Shown: piece by piece, positions 63,973-64,000 of the stretch
Numbering within the stretch: the stretch's first letter is position 1
Layout: each line of letters starts with the position of its first letter
DNA from: Octopus sinensis
Taxonomy: Eukaryota
Assembly: GCF_006345805.1 (NCBI RefSeq)
Contig: NC_043012.1
Location: forward strand, 33,790,001 to 33,854,000
Direction: 5' to 3'
Length of the DNA: 64,000 nucleotides
The notes under the pieces: model-generated
Databases searched by the model: none
What the model saw: only the letters and a program-made list of their open reading frames with translations
What the model was told of the DNA's origin: nothing
Translations under genes and position numbers: made by a program

Positions 63973-64000
63973 TGTCCTGCAGTTACTGTCTATACCTCGT

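Overview
This is AT-rich, microsatellite-dense eukaryotic DNA. The SINE/LINE repertoire resembles what I recall from octopus genomes; that is an inference, not a database result. Nearly all long ORFs in the track are artefacts of (TA/CA/TG)n and C/T tracts. Most recognisable sequence is decayed mobile DNA: more than 13 5'-truncated 3' ends of an RTE LINE, about 14 Meta-domain tRNA-SINEs, other tRNA-SINE families, mariner, piggyBac, CR1 and Tx1-like remnants, and several MITEs. Host-gene signal is limited to short candidate exons. One is a + strand gene with two alternative phase-0 first exons (21009-21074; 56390-56446, behind a CRE/TATA/Inr promoter) and a 30-nt exon (59124-59153). The other is a - strand terminal coding exon (8067-7969). 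None of these proteins could be identified. The most unusual structure is at RNA level: a variable tandem array of compact H-type pseudoknot-like units in the RTE 3' UTR, and long fold-back palindromes, at least one holding a decayed hammerhead-ribozyme core.
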